Assembly: GCA_029858565.1 (NCBI GenBank)
Contig: JAOUEV010000003.1
Span: forward strand, 80,074-144,073
From: Nitrospirota bacterium
Lineage (GTDB): Bacteria > Nitrospirota > UBA9217
Reading direction: 5' to 3'
Length of the DNA stretch: 64,000 nt
A model generated the notes under the pieces. The model saw only the letters and a list, made by a program, of their open reading frames with translations, was not told where the DNA came from and did not search any database. Below are positions 38,222-48,590 of this stretch, piece by piece; the first letter of the stretch is position 1, and every line of letters starts with the position of its first letter. Position numbers and translations under genes: made by a program.

Positions 38222-39511
38222 CTATTCGCTCCGCACCATCTCTGCCACGCATTCTATGTGGTAGGTCCAGGGGAACATGTCAACCGGCTGGAGGCGGTCC
38301 AGGCGGTATCCGAAGAGGTGAAGGAATTTCAGGTCCCGGGCCAGTGTCGAGGGATTGCAGGATACATAAACGATCTTTTTCGGCAGAAGCGCCAGGATGC
38401 GCTCAAGGGTCGTGAGCGTGGCGCCGGCGCGCGGCGGATCGAGCACGATCACCTGCGGACGGAGCTTTCGCTCGATCAGCGGCTTCAGGCCCTTCTGCAG
38501 GTCGTCGGCGATGAATTCCGTGTTGTTGAGTCCGTTCAGTGTCGCGTTGCTCCGCGCATCATCGATAGAGGAGAACCCCGACTCGATGCCGATCGCGCTT
38601 TTTGCCCTTTTTGCCAGCGGGAGGGTGAAATTGCCGATGCCGCAATAGAGATCGAGCACCGTTTCCCTTCCGCTGAGGTCCGCAAAATCCAGCACGGTCC
38701 TGAGCATGTTCTTGTTCTGGTCCCAATTCACCTGAAAGAAGTTGCCTTCCGTGGCATGCAACGTCATGCCGTCAACGTCGAGCGAAAGTCTGTTCCTGCC
38801 GAGCGAAAAGGCCCTTTTCTTCCGTGCAAAACCGGTGATGCCGATGACCTGGGGGAGCAGATCCTTGAGTTTTGCAAAGAAACTCTCTGCCGGGCGGAAG
38901 CTGTCGCCTTCGCTAAAGAGCAGAAGATGGACTTCTCCTGCCGGACTCGCGTTCACATGCATCTCCGCGAGCGGGGGCAGCGATTCAGCGATCTTCCGGA
39001 CAGCGTCAAGCGTGCTGTTGATCAGCGGATGGAGCAGAAAGCCGTTCTCGACCTCCACGAGGTCATAGGAACCCTGGCGAAAGAATCCGAACCGCTGGGT
39101 CCCGTCCTTCATCCTGGCGGTGAACTGGGTGCGGAGCCGGTAATGGTCCTTATGGGGCGACGAAAGGATGGGAAGGGTGCGCATCGCATGAAGTCCGGCG
39201 CTTCGCGCGATGGTCTCGAGCAGGATCTCCTGCTTCAGCCGGAGCTGGGCAGGGTAGGAAATAAATGGCCAGGTGGCGCCGGTGCACTGCTTCTCTCCGC
39301 CGCAGGGCGGATCGACGCGGTCCGGGGACGGTTCAAGGACCTCGAGCGGTTTTGCCGCAAAAATGCCTTTTCGTTTGCTGACCACGGCGATCCGGACAAG
39401 CTCGCCGGGCAATACGCCGGAGACGAAGACAGCCTTGCCGTTCTCCAGGTGCGCGAGGCCTTCTCCCCCATGGACCAGCTTTTCGATGCGGACGCGGGCG
39501 GATTCGATCAT
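38222..39511 (-). CDS. rlmD: 23S rRNA m5U1939 methyltransferase RlmD (TrmA/RumA family)
   Basis: TRAM-like N-terminus, FFQVN, DLYCGIGNF, LDPPRAG, YVSCNPSTLARD, DMFP.T.HIE. Confidence 0.92.
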   Translation of the reverse strand: MIESARVRIEKLVHGGEGLAHLENGKAVFVSGVLPGELVRIAVVSKRKGIFAAKPLEVLEPSPDRVDPPCGGEKQCTGATWPFISYPAQLRLKQEILLETIARSAGLHAMRTLPILSSPHKDHYRLRTQFTARMKDGTQRFGFFRQGSYDLVEVENGFLLHPLINSTLDAVRKIAESLPPLAEMHVNASPAGEVHLLLFSEGDSFRPAESFFAKLKDLLPQVIGITGFARKKRAFSLGRNRLSLDVDGMTLHATEGNFFQVNWDQNKNMLRTVLDFADLSGRETVLDLYCGIGNFTLPLAKRAKSAIGIESGFSSIDDARSNATLNGLNNTEFIADDLQKGLKPLIERKLRPQVIVLDPPRAGATLTTLERILALLPKKIVYVSCNPSTLARDLKFLHLFGYRLDRLQPVDMFPWTYHIECVAEMVRSE

Positions 39512-39858
39512 CCGAGGATCTTCTTGATCGTATCCCGGAGGGATGCGAAATCGGCTGATTTGACGATATAGGCTTCTGAGCACCAGCTGCCGAAATCGTT
39601 CTTGTACTCCTCGTATGCTGACGAAATAATGACCGGCAGAGCGTTGTCCTTTTCCTTCATTTTGCGCAGGGTCTCGATGCCGTCCATGCCTTTCATGCGC
39701 ATGTCGAGCGTCACCAGGTCGAACCGGGATCCTTCCATGGCGGCAAGGGCCGAGGCCCCGTCCAGGGCGGTGGTGACCGAATACCCCATGTCTTCCAGCT
39801 CTTCCTTGTAGAGCATGCAGATATTCTCTTCATCATCAACGACCAGGATCTTTTTCAT
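39508..39858 (-). CDS. single-domain response regulator
   Basis: ILVVDDE, DLVTLDMRM, SSAY, YIVK. Confidence 0.93.
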   Translation of the reverse strand: MKKILVVDDEENICMLYKEELEDMGYSVTTALDGASALAAMEGSRFDLVTLDMRMKGMDGIETLRKMKEKDNALPVIISSAYEEYKNDFGSWCSEAYIVKSADFASLRDTIKKILG

Positions 39859-39985
39859 ACGCAGACCTCCTGTTCCAAATCTAGTATAGCACAGAGCATC
39901 CCGTCCGGAAAGGGAATAGGCGAAAACGTTCTGCGCACAGCACGCTGTCAGGCAGACGGCCGTCCGGTTCGCTGATCGCCTGGGA

Positions 39986-42361
39986 TCATGCGTTCGGCCA
40001 CGGAAACCGGATAGTGAAGAGGGCCCCTGCTCTTTCCTTGTTCCGGCAAAGAATGGTGCCGCGATGGGCCCGCACGATGCGGTGGGTGATCGGCAGGCCC
40101 AGTCCGGTGCCGTGCACCTTGGTCGTATAGTAGGGATTGAACAGGTTCTGCATGGCTTCGGGAGTGATCCCGGGACCTGTGTCCCCGACCTCCAGGATGT
40201 TCTCCTTCCGATCGGGCAACATGGCGGTCCGCACTGTCAGTACGCCGTCCTTCTCCATTGCCTCCATGGCATTCGTGATCAGGTTCACGACCGCCTGTTT
40301 CATCTGGCGGGCGTCGAGGTCGATCTCGGGCATGTCCGGACCGAGCTCCCGCTCCAGACGGATCCCTCGCTGCCGCAGCTCGTCCTCGTAGACTGGCAAG
40401 ACCTCTTCGAGGACGGCATTCAGGCCGCCCCGCGTCATCTGGGGGGCGGCATTCTTGATGTACGCGAGGTTGTCGTGGATGATGTCCTCGAGGCGGGCTG
40501 TTTCGCTCAGAATGATGTCGAGATACTTCTTCATGTCGGGATCGCTCACCTTGCGCAGAAGGCGGCGGGTGAACCCGCCGATGGATACCAGCGGATTTCT
40601 AATCTCGTGGGTGATCTCGGCCATCATGGTGCCGAGGGCAGCCATTTTCTCAGACTGGGCAAGCTGTTCATGCATGATCCGTATGTCCTTGTTCATGGTC
40701 TCCATGTTGGAATGGATCATGGCATTGTCGATCGCCAGCGCAGCCTGCTGGGCGAACATGGTGAGGAATCGGATGTCGTTGTCCGTGATCGGCCTGGCGG
40801 TGAACATGTTGTCGACCAGGATCACGCCCAGGACCCGTCCCTTGGCAACGAGCGGGACCGTCGCGAAGCTGTTCACTTTGAGCAGGTCGCGGAGTTCCTG
40901 TTTGACCAGCGCATCGGTCGCGGCGTCGAGAACATTGAAAGCGCGTTTCTGCTGCACCGTGGTTGCCAGAACGCCGTCGGCAGGATGGAGATGCACGCGG
41001 ATACTGCGTGCGACCGTGTTGATCTCGGTGTCCCGGGACTCGAAGAGCTCTCCGGTCTGAATCCACTCCATAAGGCTTTTATGCTTTCTCGCCACCTCGG
41101 TCCATGCCCTGCTGGCCTCGTCCCAGGAGGAGGGGCCGACACCCATCATGCCCTGGAGCACGTTGGTCCGCTCGTTTACCAGCAGCAGGATGGCCCGATT
41201 GAATCCCAGGCCGCTGCCGCCCATGGTCGCTGCGGTCAGGATGATCCGGAGCAGCCGGTCGAGGTTGAGGGTCGCGCTCATTGCCGTGCCGATATCGTAG
41301 AGGATCGAGAGCTCCTGTGCCCGGCTCCGCGACTCCATGGCGAGCCGCTCCGAGCGTTCGAACATGGCGGCATTCTCGACCGCGACCGCGGCCGAACTTG
41401 CGATGGTCGTGAGAAAACGGAGGTCGTCCTCGGAGAAATGCACGCCGTCGCGTTTGTTGAAGAGGGTGATGATCCCGGTGATCCGGTCGTGAAAGAAGAG
41501 AGGCACGCTCAGGACGGAGGACCGCGGTCCGCCGGAAGAGGCGGTGAGGTCATGCCGGCTGCCGGTGTCGCTGATCAAGAGAGCCTTTCTCTCCCGCATG
41601 ACGAGATCGAAAAGCTGCATGCCAAACGCCGCATCCAGGTCCCGCACCGGGTCCTCCACGAAGACCTTGGTCACTTCGATGCGGTCGGTCCTGCCCGAGG
41701 AAAGGTTCGTGAGACGGATCGTGCAGCCCTGGGCGGAAAGCGCGCGGGTCGCGCTCTTCGCGATCAAGGAAAGAAGCTGATCAAGATCAAGGATCGAGGT
41801 GAGCGCCATCCCGATCTCGTGGATGGTCGCCAGCTCCGAGAGCCGCGACTGGATGCTCTGGAAGAGCTGGGTGCTTCTGATGACCCCGCTGATCTGATTT
41901 GCCGTGGTCGTGAGGAGGGTGATCTCGGATCGGGTCGCGCTCCAGGGGGATGCTGAAAGAACGAACAGGACGCCGAGACACCGGTCACCATCCATGATCG
42001 GCGCGGCGACCAGGGATTTGAACCGCTCGATGCCGGTCTCGGGGACATACTGGAACCGCGGATCGGTGAAAGGATCGGCGAGCGCGAGCGGGACCTTCTG
42101 CTGGGCGACCCAGCCCGCGATGCCCATGCCCAGCGGGAACGTGAGCTTGCCCACGGTCTCCTGGTTCAGTCCCAGGGCCGCTGTGAGCGTGACCGTTGTT
42201 CCCTCGGGATCAAGCAAAAACACCGACGCGCCGTTACGGCCCATGCCCCGCATGACCACGTCGAGGATGCGCGACAGCTTGTCCGTCAGGTCCGCCGAGG
42301 AGGTCGATATCCTGCCGATCTCGCTCAGGATGCTCAGTTCTGTACGTTCGACGGGCTCCAT
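39986..42361 (-). CDS. cytoplasmic histidine kinase with three GAF domains
   Basis: Three GAF-like repeats, HEIRNPL H-box, NLITNA, DTGPGI, GTGLGL. Confidence 0.93.
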   Translation of the reverse strand: MEPVERTELSILSEIGRISTSSADLTDKLSRILDVVMRGMGRNGASVFLLDPEGTTVTLTAALGLNQETVGKLTFPLGMGIAGWVAQQKVPLALADPFTDPRFQYVPETGIERFKSLVAAPIMDGDRCLGVLFVLSASPWSATRSEITLLTTTANQISGVIRSTQLFQSIQSRLSELATIHEIGMALTSILDLDQLLSLIAKSATRALSAQGCTIRLTNLSSGRTDRIEVTKVFVEDPVRDLDAAFGMQLFDLVMRERKALLISDTGSRHDLTASSGGPRSSVLSVPLFFHDRITGIITLFNKRDGVHFSEDDLRFLTTIASSAAVAVENAAMFERSERLAMESRSRAQELSILYDIGTAMSATLNLDRLLRIILTAATMGGSGLGFNRAILLLVNERTNVLQGMMGVGPSSWDEASRAWTEVARKHKSLMEWIQTGELFESRDTEINTVARSIRVHLHPADGVLATTVQQKRAFNVLDAATDALVKQELRDLLKVNSFATVPLVAKGRVLGVILVDNMFTARPITDNDIRFLTMFAQQAALAIDNAMIHSNMETMNKDIRIMHEQLAQSEKMAALGTMMAEITHEIRNPLVSIGGFTRRLLRKVSDPDMKKYLDIILSETARLEDIIHDNLAYIKNAAPQMTRGGLNAVLEEVLPVYEDELRQRGIRLERELGPDMPEIDLDARQMKQAVVNLITNAMEAMEKDGVLTVRTAMLPDRKENILEVGDTGPGITPEAMQNLFNPYYTTKVHGTGLGLPITHRIVRAHRGTILCRNKERAGALFTIRFPWPNA

Positions 42362-42440
42362 AGGGAATCCAATGATTAAGTGGTAGAGTGGTAAGTGATA
42401 AAGCGGTCAAAGGACGGGCTGGTTATTGTCTGCCGTTCGC

Positions 42441-43892
42441 TTACCGCTTGTGTTTTTCTATTGCTGCTTTATACACGTTCACGTATTCCTGCGCTGAATG
42501 CTTCCAGGAAAAGTCCACACCCATGCCGTTCTTAACAAGTCTGGCCCATTGGGCCGGCTTCCGGTGGACAAGCACTGCCTTGCGCAGGCTTGCAGCGAGC
42601 GCTGGAGCCGAGTAGTCATCGAACAGGAACCCGGTCCCGGTTCCCTTGCGGGGATTGAACTGCGCCACCGTGTCCGCCAGTCCGCCGGTTCGCCGCACGA
42701 CCGGTACGGCGCCGTACCGCAAGGCGTGCATCTGGCCGAGGCCGCAGGGTTCGTATCGGGAAGGCATGAGAAAGATATCAGCGCCTGCGTATATCCTGCG
42801 CGCGAGCCCGTCATCGTACTTCAGCATGACCCGCATCTGTTCAGGGTAGCGTCCGCACATATCCGCGAGCAGGCGGTGATAGCGTTCATCGCCGCTGCCA
42901 AGAATGACAAGCTGGATCCCCAGCGACATGATCTCCGGCAGCGCGTCGGTCAGGATGTCCAGCCCTTTCTGGTCCGAGAGCCGGGTGACCATGCCCGCGA
43001 CAGGGACCTGCCCCTCCGGCAGGCCGAGCTCCGCGCGGAGCGCGGCAGTGCAGTGCTTTTTGCCCGCCGGGTGCTCCGCGCTGTAGTGCCTTGCAAGCGC
43101 CGGGTCGTGCAAGGGGGCCCATGCCGCCGTATCGATGCCGTTCACGATGCCGGTGAGTTCCGCGGACCTGCTGAGGAGCACGCCGTCGAGCCCATGTCCG
43201 TATTCGGGGGTCTGCACCTCCCGGCTGTAGGTGGGGCTTACCGTGGTGAGCGCGTCGGAATAGACCAAGCCCGCTTTCATGAGATTGATGTTGCCGAAAT
43301 ATTCGATGCCCTGGGGCGTGAACACATCCCACCCGAGGCCGGTGAGCTTCATGTCCCAGTGCCAGAAGATTCCCTGATAGCCCAGGTTGTGGATGGTGAA
43401 GACCGTTGCCGCATGCCGAAGGAGTTCGTCCTGTCCGTGGAACAGGCGGCAGTAGAGCGGGACCAGTCCCGTCTGCCAGTCATTGCAATGGATGATATCG
43501 GGCGAGAATCCGACAGCACGGCAGACCTCGGGGACGGACCGTGAAAAGAAAATAAAGCGTTCGGCATTGTCCGGATAGTCGCCGCGCATGGTGCCGTACA
43601 GCTCCGGCCGGTCGTAATAAACATCCTTGTTGATGAAATAGGCCGTGACATTGCGGTCCAGCCTGCCTTCGAGCACGTCGCCGCGCTCCTTCCAGGAAGC
43701 GAGGGGGACCGTATAGGAAGCGACGGGACGAAGGCCGTGTTCTTTCGGATTTATGCGGCGGTAGCGGGGAAGTACCACGCGGACATCGTGGCCAAGGTCC
43801 GCGAGCGCCCGGGGAAGGCTCCCTGCGACATCCGCGAGGCCGCCGGTCTTGGCAAAAGGGGCGACCTCGGACGCAGCGAACAAAATCCTCAT
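42441..43892 (-). CDS. glgA: glycogen synthase
   Basis: ASEVAPFAKTGGLADV, HCNDWQ, TIHNLGYQG, RLSDQKG, MPSRYEPCGL, TGGLADTV. Confidence 0.97.
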   Translation of the reverse strand: MRILFAASEVAPFAKTGGLADVAGSLPRALADLGHDVRVVLPRYRRINPKEHGLRPVASYTVPLASWKERGDVLEGRLDRNVTAYFINKDVYYDRPELYGTMRGDYPDNAERFIFFSRSVPEVCRAVGFSPDIIHCNDWQTGLVPLYCRLFHGQDELLRHAATVFTIHNLGYQGIFWHWDMKLTGLGWDVFTPQGIEYFGNINLMKAGLVYSDALTTVSPTYSREVQTPEYGHGLDGVLLSRSAELTGIVNGIDTAAWAPLHDPALARHYSAEHPAGKKHCTAALRAELGLPEGQVPVAGMVTRLSDQKGLDILTDALPEIMSLGIQLVILGSGDERYHRLLADMCGRYPEQMRVMLKYDDGLARRIYAGADIFLMPSRYEPCGLGQMHALRYGAVPVVRRTGGLADTVAQFNPRKGTGTGFLFDDYSAPALAASLRKAVLVHRKPAQWARLVKNGMGVDFSWKHSAQEYVNVYKAAIEKHKR

Positions 43893-44884
43893 AGTTTGAT
43901 TTCCCGGAGGAACTTGGATGCTTCCTCGGGAGGGGTGGGATTGATGTAGAAACCCGATCCCCATTCGAAGCCGGCAATGTTCGTCAGCTTCGGCATGAGC
44001 TCGATATGCCAATGATAGTAGTCGTTCACTTCCTCGCGGAAGGGCGAGGTATGGATGACGAAGTTGTAGGGCGGGAAGGACAGGGCCTTGTCGATCCGGC
44101 GCAGCGTGTCCTGGAGCAGGAACGCCAGGTCGCGGAAGTCGTCCCTGGTGGAGCAGGCGTAGCAGGAAATGTGCTTCTTCGGCAGTATCCAGGTCTCAAA
44201 GGGGAACCGCGGCGCGTAAGGGGCCAGGGCCACGAACAGCGATGTTTCCGCGACCAGGCGGGTCCGCGACTGCAGTTCCTGGCGGATGATGTCGCAATAG
44301 ATGCAGCGCTCCTTCAGGTCATAATGTTTTTTACAGCCGTCGATCTCCTCCTGCACCTGGATCGGCACGATGGGCAGGGCGATGAGCTGCGAATGGCTGT
44401 GCTCAAGCGTGGCCCCGGCGGCAAAACCCTCGTTCTTGAAGATCAGCGTGTATTGGAAGCGTTTGTCCTTTTTCAGGTCCTCCATGCGCTCACGGAAGGC
44501 CCAGAGCACCTCTTCCACTGCCTTGCCGGTCATGGTCGCCAGAGTGGCGTTGTGATCGGGGTTCTCAATGAAGACCTCGTGGGCCCCGATGCCGTTCATC
44601 TTGTCGAAGATCCCCTCGCCCTGCTTGTTCAGGTCGCCTTCGATCTGGAGCGCAGGGAACTTGTTCGGCACCACCCTGAGACGCCAGCCCGCCTGGTTCG
44701 GCTGTCCGGCATCGCGGAAGGCGAGGATCTCCTGAGGGGTCGTACGCTCGTTGCCCGCGCAAAAAGGACAGAACCCGCCGCGTTTCTTGGCACGCTGGTC
44801 CTGAAAATCCGCCGGCTTCTTGCCGCGGTCCGATGATATGATGACCCACCGTCCGGTGATGGGATCTTTCCGTAGTTCAGGCAT
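43889..44884 (-). CDS. galT: galactose-1-phosphate uridylyltransferase family protein
   Basis: ELRKDP, CPFCAGNE, VVPNKFP, AGATLEHSHSQ, YHWHIE, AGFEWG. Confidence 0.93.
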   Translation of the reverse strand: MPELRKDPITGRWVIISSDRGKKPADFQDQRAKKRGGFCPFCAGNERTTPQEILAFRDAGQPNQAGWRLRVVPNKFPALQIEGDLNKQGEGIFDKMNGIGAHEVFIENPDHNATLATMTGKAVEEVLWAFRERMEDLKKDKRFQYTLIFKNEGFAAGATLEHSHSQLIALPIVPIQVQEEIDGCKKHYDLKERCIYCDIIRQELQSRTRLVAETSLFVALAPYAPRFPFETWILPKKHISCYACSTRDDFRDLAFLLQDTLRRIDKALSFPPYNFVIHTSPFREEVNDYYHWHIELMPKLTNIAGFEWGSGFYINPTPPEEASKFLREIKL

Positions 44885-45134
44885 GCTTGCTCCTCTCGCC
44901 GCGGTACCGATAGTAAGGACTGTTCACGAATTCCCTAATTATAACGTTCCCCTCCCGCCTTGTCAAAACAACTTCGGAGAATCGACTTTGCTTTTCCCCT
45001 GTTTTGGGCTAAGATTGGTTCAGCTAGAGGGGTCGAAAGAAGCAGGATCGGACACGTGGATACCGCGCAACGGCCATGAACATTATGATATTTCACGGCC
45101 TTTTCATGGTCCTCAGTGTCGAATAAGGAAACGT

Positions 45135-45614
45135 ATGCGTTCCAGGAAGATCGAGCTTGTGTCCCGCACCATCGAGAAACTGCTCGCGGCCCGTGGGTGG
45201 TCATCGAGACTGAAAGAATATCGTGTCCTCGGCATCTGGGACCGATGCGTCGGCGCAAGCATTGCGGCGCATGCGCAGCCTGTCATGATCCGGGGAAAGA
45301 AGCTGACCGTGATCGTGGACAGTTCGGCGTGGATGCAGCAGATCTCCCTTCTCCGGCCGGAGATCATGGAGAAGTTGAACAGGAGCCTGGGGGAAGAGGC
45401 AGTGGAGAGCATTGCGCTCAAGCTCGGGGAAATGAAATCATCGGGATCCGGTAACGAAGGGCGGAAGATCGCACGGCGGAGCCTGAATGCCGAGGAACGC
45501 AAGCGGATCGAAGAATATGTTCAGGGGATCGGGGATGAAGATGTCCGTGACCGGCTGAAACATCTCATTGAAAAGGACCTGGCCAGCAAGAAACCATCCT
45601 CTTCGCGCAACTGA
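45135..45614 (+). CDS. DUF721/DciA-family protein
   Basis: WDRCVGASIAAHAQP, LTVIVDSSAWMQQI, IMEKLN. Confidence 0.85.
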   Translation: MRSRKIELVSRTIEKLLAARGWSSRLKEYRVLGIWDRCVGASIAAHAQPVMIRGKKLTVIVDSSAWMQQISLLRPEIMEKLNRSLGEEAVESIALKLGEMKSSGSGNEGRKIARRSLNAEERKRIEEYVQGIGDEDVRDRLKHLIEKDLASKKPSSSRN

Positions 45615-45621
45615 CCTTCAA

Positions 45622-46350
45622 TCATTTCATGTCGTAGATATCCTTCATCTCGCGAGAATATGCGCCACCCGGCTCATGTACCACCAAAGGCGGAAGCATT
45701 TCAACGCCTGTTCCGCCTTCTTTTACCGCTTCCAGAAGCACCAGTGCTGCGGGCTTGTCCTGATAAGGATGGACCAGCCTGGCGCGTTTTGGCTCAAGTC
45801 TCCTCTTCCGCATCAGGGCCATGAGTTCCGCCAGCCGGGACGCAGGAAAGACGATATTGTACCTTCCTCCCTGCTTCAGATGCTTCCCCAGGTCAAACCA
45901 GAACTCGATCCGTGCGAGCATATCCTGACGGGAGATCTTCCGTCCAGTATCAGGACTGGAACGTCCTGTGCCGGACCGTAGGTACGGTGGATTGGTCACC
46001 AGTACGTCAACGTGGCCGAAGTCGACCGGCCGGGAAAGCCTGCGGATATCCCGGTGGAGGGGATCGACGTTCCCGAGCTCGTTGATCATGTAATTCCGTA
46101 TGCAGAGAGAATGAAGATCATCCTGGACCTCGACGGGAAAGAAGAAGGAGCGCGCGTGTTTTTTTGCAAGGAGCAGGGAAATGATCCCGGTGCCTGCTCC
46201 GGGTTCGAGCACGCGTTCCCCGGGCTTGACCCGGCAGAAATCAGCGAGCAGGATGCTGTCGAGCGTGAAACGGTGACCTGTGGAAGGTTGTGCAACGTGC
46301 ACGATCCCGGCGCCCCGCATCGCGATGCTGTCCCGTGTGACGCTTTTCAC
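45622..46350 (-). CDS. tRNA1(Val) A37 N6-methyltransferase-like SAM methyltransferase
   Basis: GHRFTLDSILLADF, LEPGAGTG, VEVQ, TNPPY. Confidence 0.85.
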   Translation of the reverse strand: MKSVTRDSIAMRGAGIVHVAQPSTGHRFTLDSILLADFCRVKPGERVLEPGAGTGIISLLLAKKHARSFFFPVEVQDDLHSLCIRNYMINELGNVDPLHRDIRRLSRPVDFGHVDVLVTNPPYLRSGTGRSSPDTGRKISRQDMLARIEFWFDLGKHLKQGGRYNIVFPASRLAELMALMRKRRLEPKRARLVHPYQDKPAALVLLEAVKEGGTGVEMLPPLVVHEPGGAYSREMKDIYDMK

Positions 46351-46736
46351 CGGCCCCGGTCCTGGAGCTCTGCAGGGATGCGCTTGATCTTGCCTGAAGG
46401 GTCCACGCAGACGAGCCGTGCTGTTGCTTCAGCGATGAGCCGCTCCGTTGCCTTGTCGGTCATGATGGTGGTGAAGAGGATGGAGGTGCGGGTCATTTCG
46501 GAGATCGAGGTCTTGACCACGATGGTCTCTCCGAGGCGGGCGGAGGAACGGTAGTCGATCTCGACACGGGCAACCACGAATACCGTGCCCTGGGCAGCAA
46601 GTTCGCTCACGATGAAGCCGTGGTCCGCGAGAAATTCGGTGCGGCCTCGCTCCATATATTTAAGGTAGTTGGCGTAGTAGACCACGTTGCCGCAGTCCGT
46701 GTCCTCGTAGTAGATCTTGACTTCGATGGTATTCAT
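46347..46736 (-). CDS. YbgC/FadM-family acyl-CoA thioesterase
   Basis: IYYEDTDCGNVVYYANYLKYMERGRTEFL hotdog-fold motif. Confidence 0.92.
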   Translation of the reverse strand: MNTIEVKIYYEDTDCGNVVYYANYLKYMERGRTEFLADHGFIVSELAAQGTVFVVARVEIDYRSSARLGETIVVKTSISEMTRTSILFTTIMTDKATERLIAEATARLVCVDPSGKIKRIPAELQDRGR

Positions 46737-46899
46737 GGCTATTCATGCTCCCGGTGATTTGCTCTTGATTTGCTTTCAGCGTCGCGTGTGTTGCATATGG
46801 TTTTTCGTATGTATATGGGAAGCGTTGATAAAGGTTACACCTACAAACCTGCAGTTTCTGCCTGATGAAACGATAAACAATTACGGATCGTAACTGACA

Positions 46900-46952
46900 T
46901 ATGAACGCCGCCGTGAGGGACCGTCAGGTTCCTCTCGACGGCGTGGATGGAG
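46900..46952 (-). mobile_element. degenerate integron attC site
   Basis: Minus strand CTCCATC...GTTCATA ends; imperfect palindrome gccgtgaggg / cctctcgacggc with one extrahelical base. Confidence 0.55.
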
Positions 46953-47011
46953 CTGGCTCTATTGCTTTGATCCACTATGGTTGTTGTGTATTAGATAACC
47001 GCACCATAAAG

Positions 47012-47596
47012 TCATGACCGCTTATCGCTTTTTTGGACAAGGCGCTCCATGTCTGATTTGAATTTCATTAGTTTCATAATTAGAGCATCTTCGGGATAAT
47101 TTACAAAAAGAAAATAAACGAGAAATATCCATATTGCAATTGGCAATTCAATCGTCCACATAGAATTCAGAACCGCAGATGCGGATATCGAATACATCAA
47201 ATGGTGAATAAAAATTACCGGCAGCAGCAATAAAATGGCGTGAAGCGATGCAAAGATTCCCCCGATTACATAATTACTCACGTTTCTCAATCGCGCACGA
47301 TACAGTATGGAGCGAGAGTATAAAAAAAGTACTGCGAGAAATGATCCGAACAGCAGTATCGGATTTTCATAGGGGCTGAGCCAATTCAAATCATGCGATA
47401 TCTTCGCGAATAAGTGAGTGTAAAGCTGTACGGGGACTACGATACTCAAAACTAATTGACTCATAGAGACGATGGGATTTATGTAATTCCGATTATAAAC
47501 ACCCCACATCACGAAGAACACAGGGAAGTAAAACACACTCAGCATAAACGACAAACCCATAGCAACCGCAATAAGAATCATAGACAATTGCGACAT
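47012..47596 (-). CDS. hypothetical membrane protein (gene cassette)
   Basis: AT-rich ORF with several hydrophobic helices; GGGAG RBS right after an attC core site. Confidence 0.75.
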   Translation of the reverse strand: MSQLSMILIAVAMGLSFMLSVFYFPVFFVMWGVYNRNYINPIVSMSQLVLSIVVPVQLYTHLFAKISHDLNWLSPYENPILLFGSFLAVLFLYSRSILYRARLRNVSNYVIGGIFASLHAILLLLPVIFIHHLMYSISASAVLNSMWTIELPIAIWIFLVYFLFVNYPEDALIMKLMKFKSDMERLVQKSDKRS

Positions 47597-47607
47597 ACTA
47601 TCTCCCT

Positions 47608-47663
47608 CTCTAACGCGGAGTTCACGCACCGCGAAACGGTCCGCGTGGAACGACTCGCTAAAT
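47608..47663 (-). mobile_element. integron attC site
   Basis: Minus strand ATTTAGC (carries the upstream gene's TAG stop) ... GTTAGAG; stem GTTCACGC/GCGTGGAAC with an extrahelical base; 56 bp. Confidence 0.7.
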
Positions 47664-48260
47664 ATGTGATATACGTAGGGCCATTAGATTTTTCAAAGTT
47701 GTTTCGATCTTTTCAGTATCTAGTTCTGGTTGTGGTTTCTTGTCGAGAGCATAAACAACAGCCCTGCTGCCAGTAATTGCAGGTAATTTCCAACCATTAA
47801 CACTCATTTCCTGGATATTTGATCGACGGGAATTATCAGATAAGTAATGGATCGCTTCTTCTGGCATATTTGAGTAAATGTAATATTTATCGAAGTCATC
47901 GCCACGAACATAGATTCTTTTTGCAAACAATACTGTTCCGGGATCATCATTATACATGAAGATCTTTAACTTACTTGAAGATGTGAAATAGCATCCGACC
48001 CGTAGACCAAATACGAAACCGGTTCTTCCGTCCCCTATAAATGTCACTTCAAATTTATAATCTGAATAGTGACCGATAAAAGAAAGTTCGCCGAGAAAAA
48101 ATAGCTTCGCCTTCGAATATTTTCCTGGAAACTTCTTTGATAATTTATCCATTGTGTCATAATAAGGTTGAAGCCGGTGGTGTCTTATATTCATCATAAA
48201 CACAATAAATAGGACCGATCCAGCAACAAAAACCAATATGATAAGAGTGCTGTTTGTCAT
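47658..48260 (-). CDS. hypothetical single-pass membrane protein (gene cassette)
   Basis: AT-rich 200-aa ORF with an N-terminal TM helix, ending inside the attC. Confidence 0.75.
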   Translation of the reverse strand: MTNSTLIILVFVAGSVLFIVFMMNIRHHRLQPYYDTMDKLSKKFPGKYSKAKLFFLGELSFIGHYSDYKFEVTFIGDGRTGFVFGLRVGCYFTSSSKLKIFMYNDDPGTVLFAKRIYVRGDDFDKYYIYSNMPEEAIHYLSDNSRRSNIQEMSVNGWKLPAITGSRAVVYALDKKPQPELDTEKIETTLKNLMALRISHI

Positions 48261-48290
48261 TTAAGATTTAACCAGTGTGCGTCGAGTTCG

Positions 48291-48310
48291 CTCTAACTCT
48301 GTAAGAACAG
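48291..48310 (-). mobile_element. putative attI-like core site
   Basis: GTTAGAG core on the minus strand upstream of the first cassette, with no attC palindrome; AT-rich upstream region. Confidence 0.4.
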
Positions 48311-48590
48311 ATTTTCGTACTTAAAGAGGTTGGCAAGAATAATACCTGAGATTCTTCTGACCACGTAATCTTCACTAATATTTTGCAGCTGTAACCTGCA
48401 TCTGCTAGGAACTTTCTGAAATCTCAACTTCAGGAAGTAAGTTTCTCGACAAGAATATATCACAATTTGTCTAGTTCATACACAATTATGTAAGCTGGAT
48501 GAGCATACGGAACCGGAAGGGTGAACTATGGCGAGTGGGAGGGTACGCGTTGGTGTCGTGACGACGTGATGTGGGGAGATCGGTGTTCTC

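Noticed and set aside
45048-45122. Possible further GACACTGAG-family element before the DUF721 gene
   Set aside because: Only the right arm (gtcctcagtgtc) is recognisable; too degenerate to call.
48320-48590. Integron integrase remnant upstream of the attI-like site
   Set aside because: No tyrosine-recombinase motifs were recognisable in any frame.
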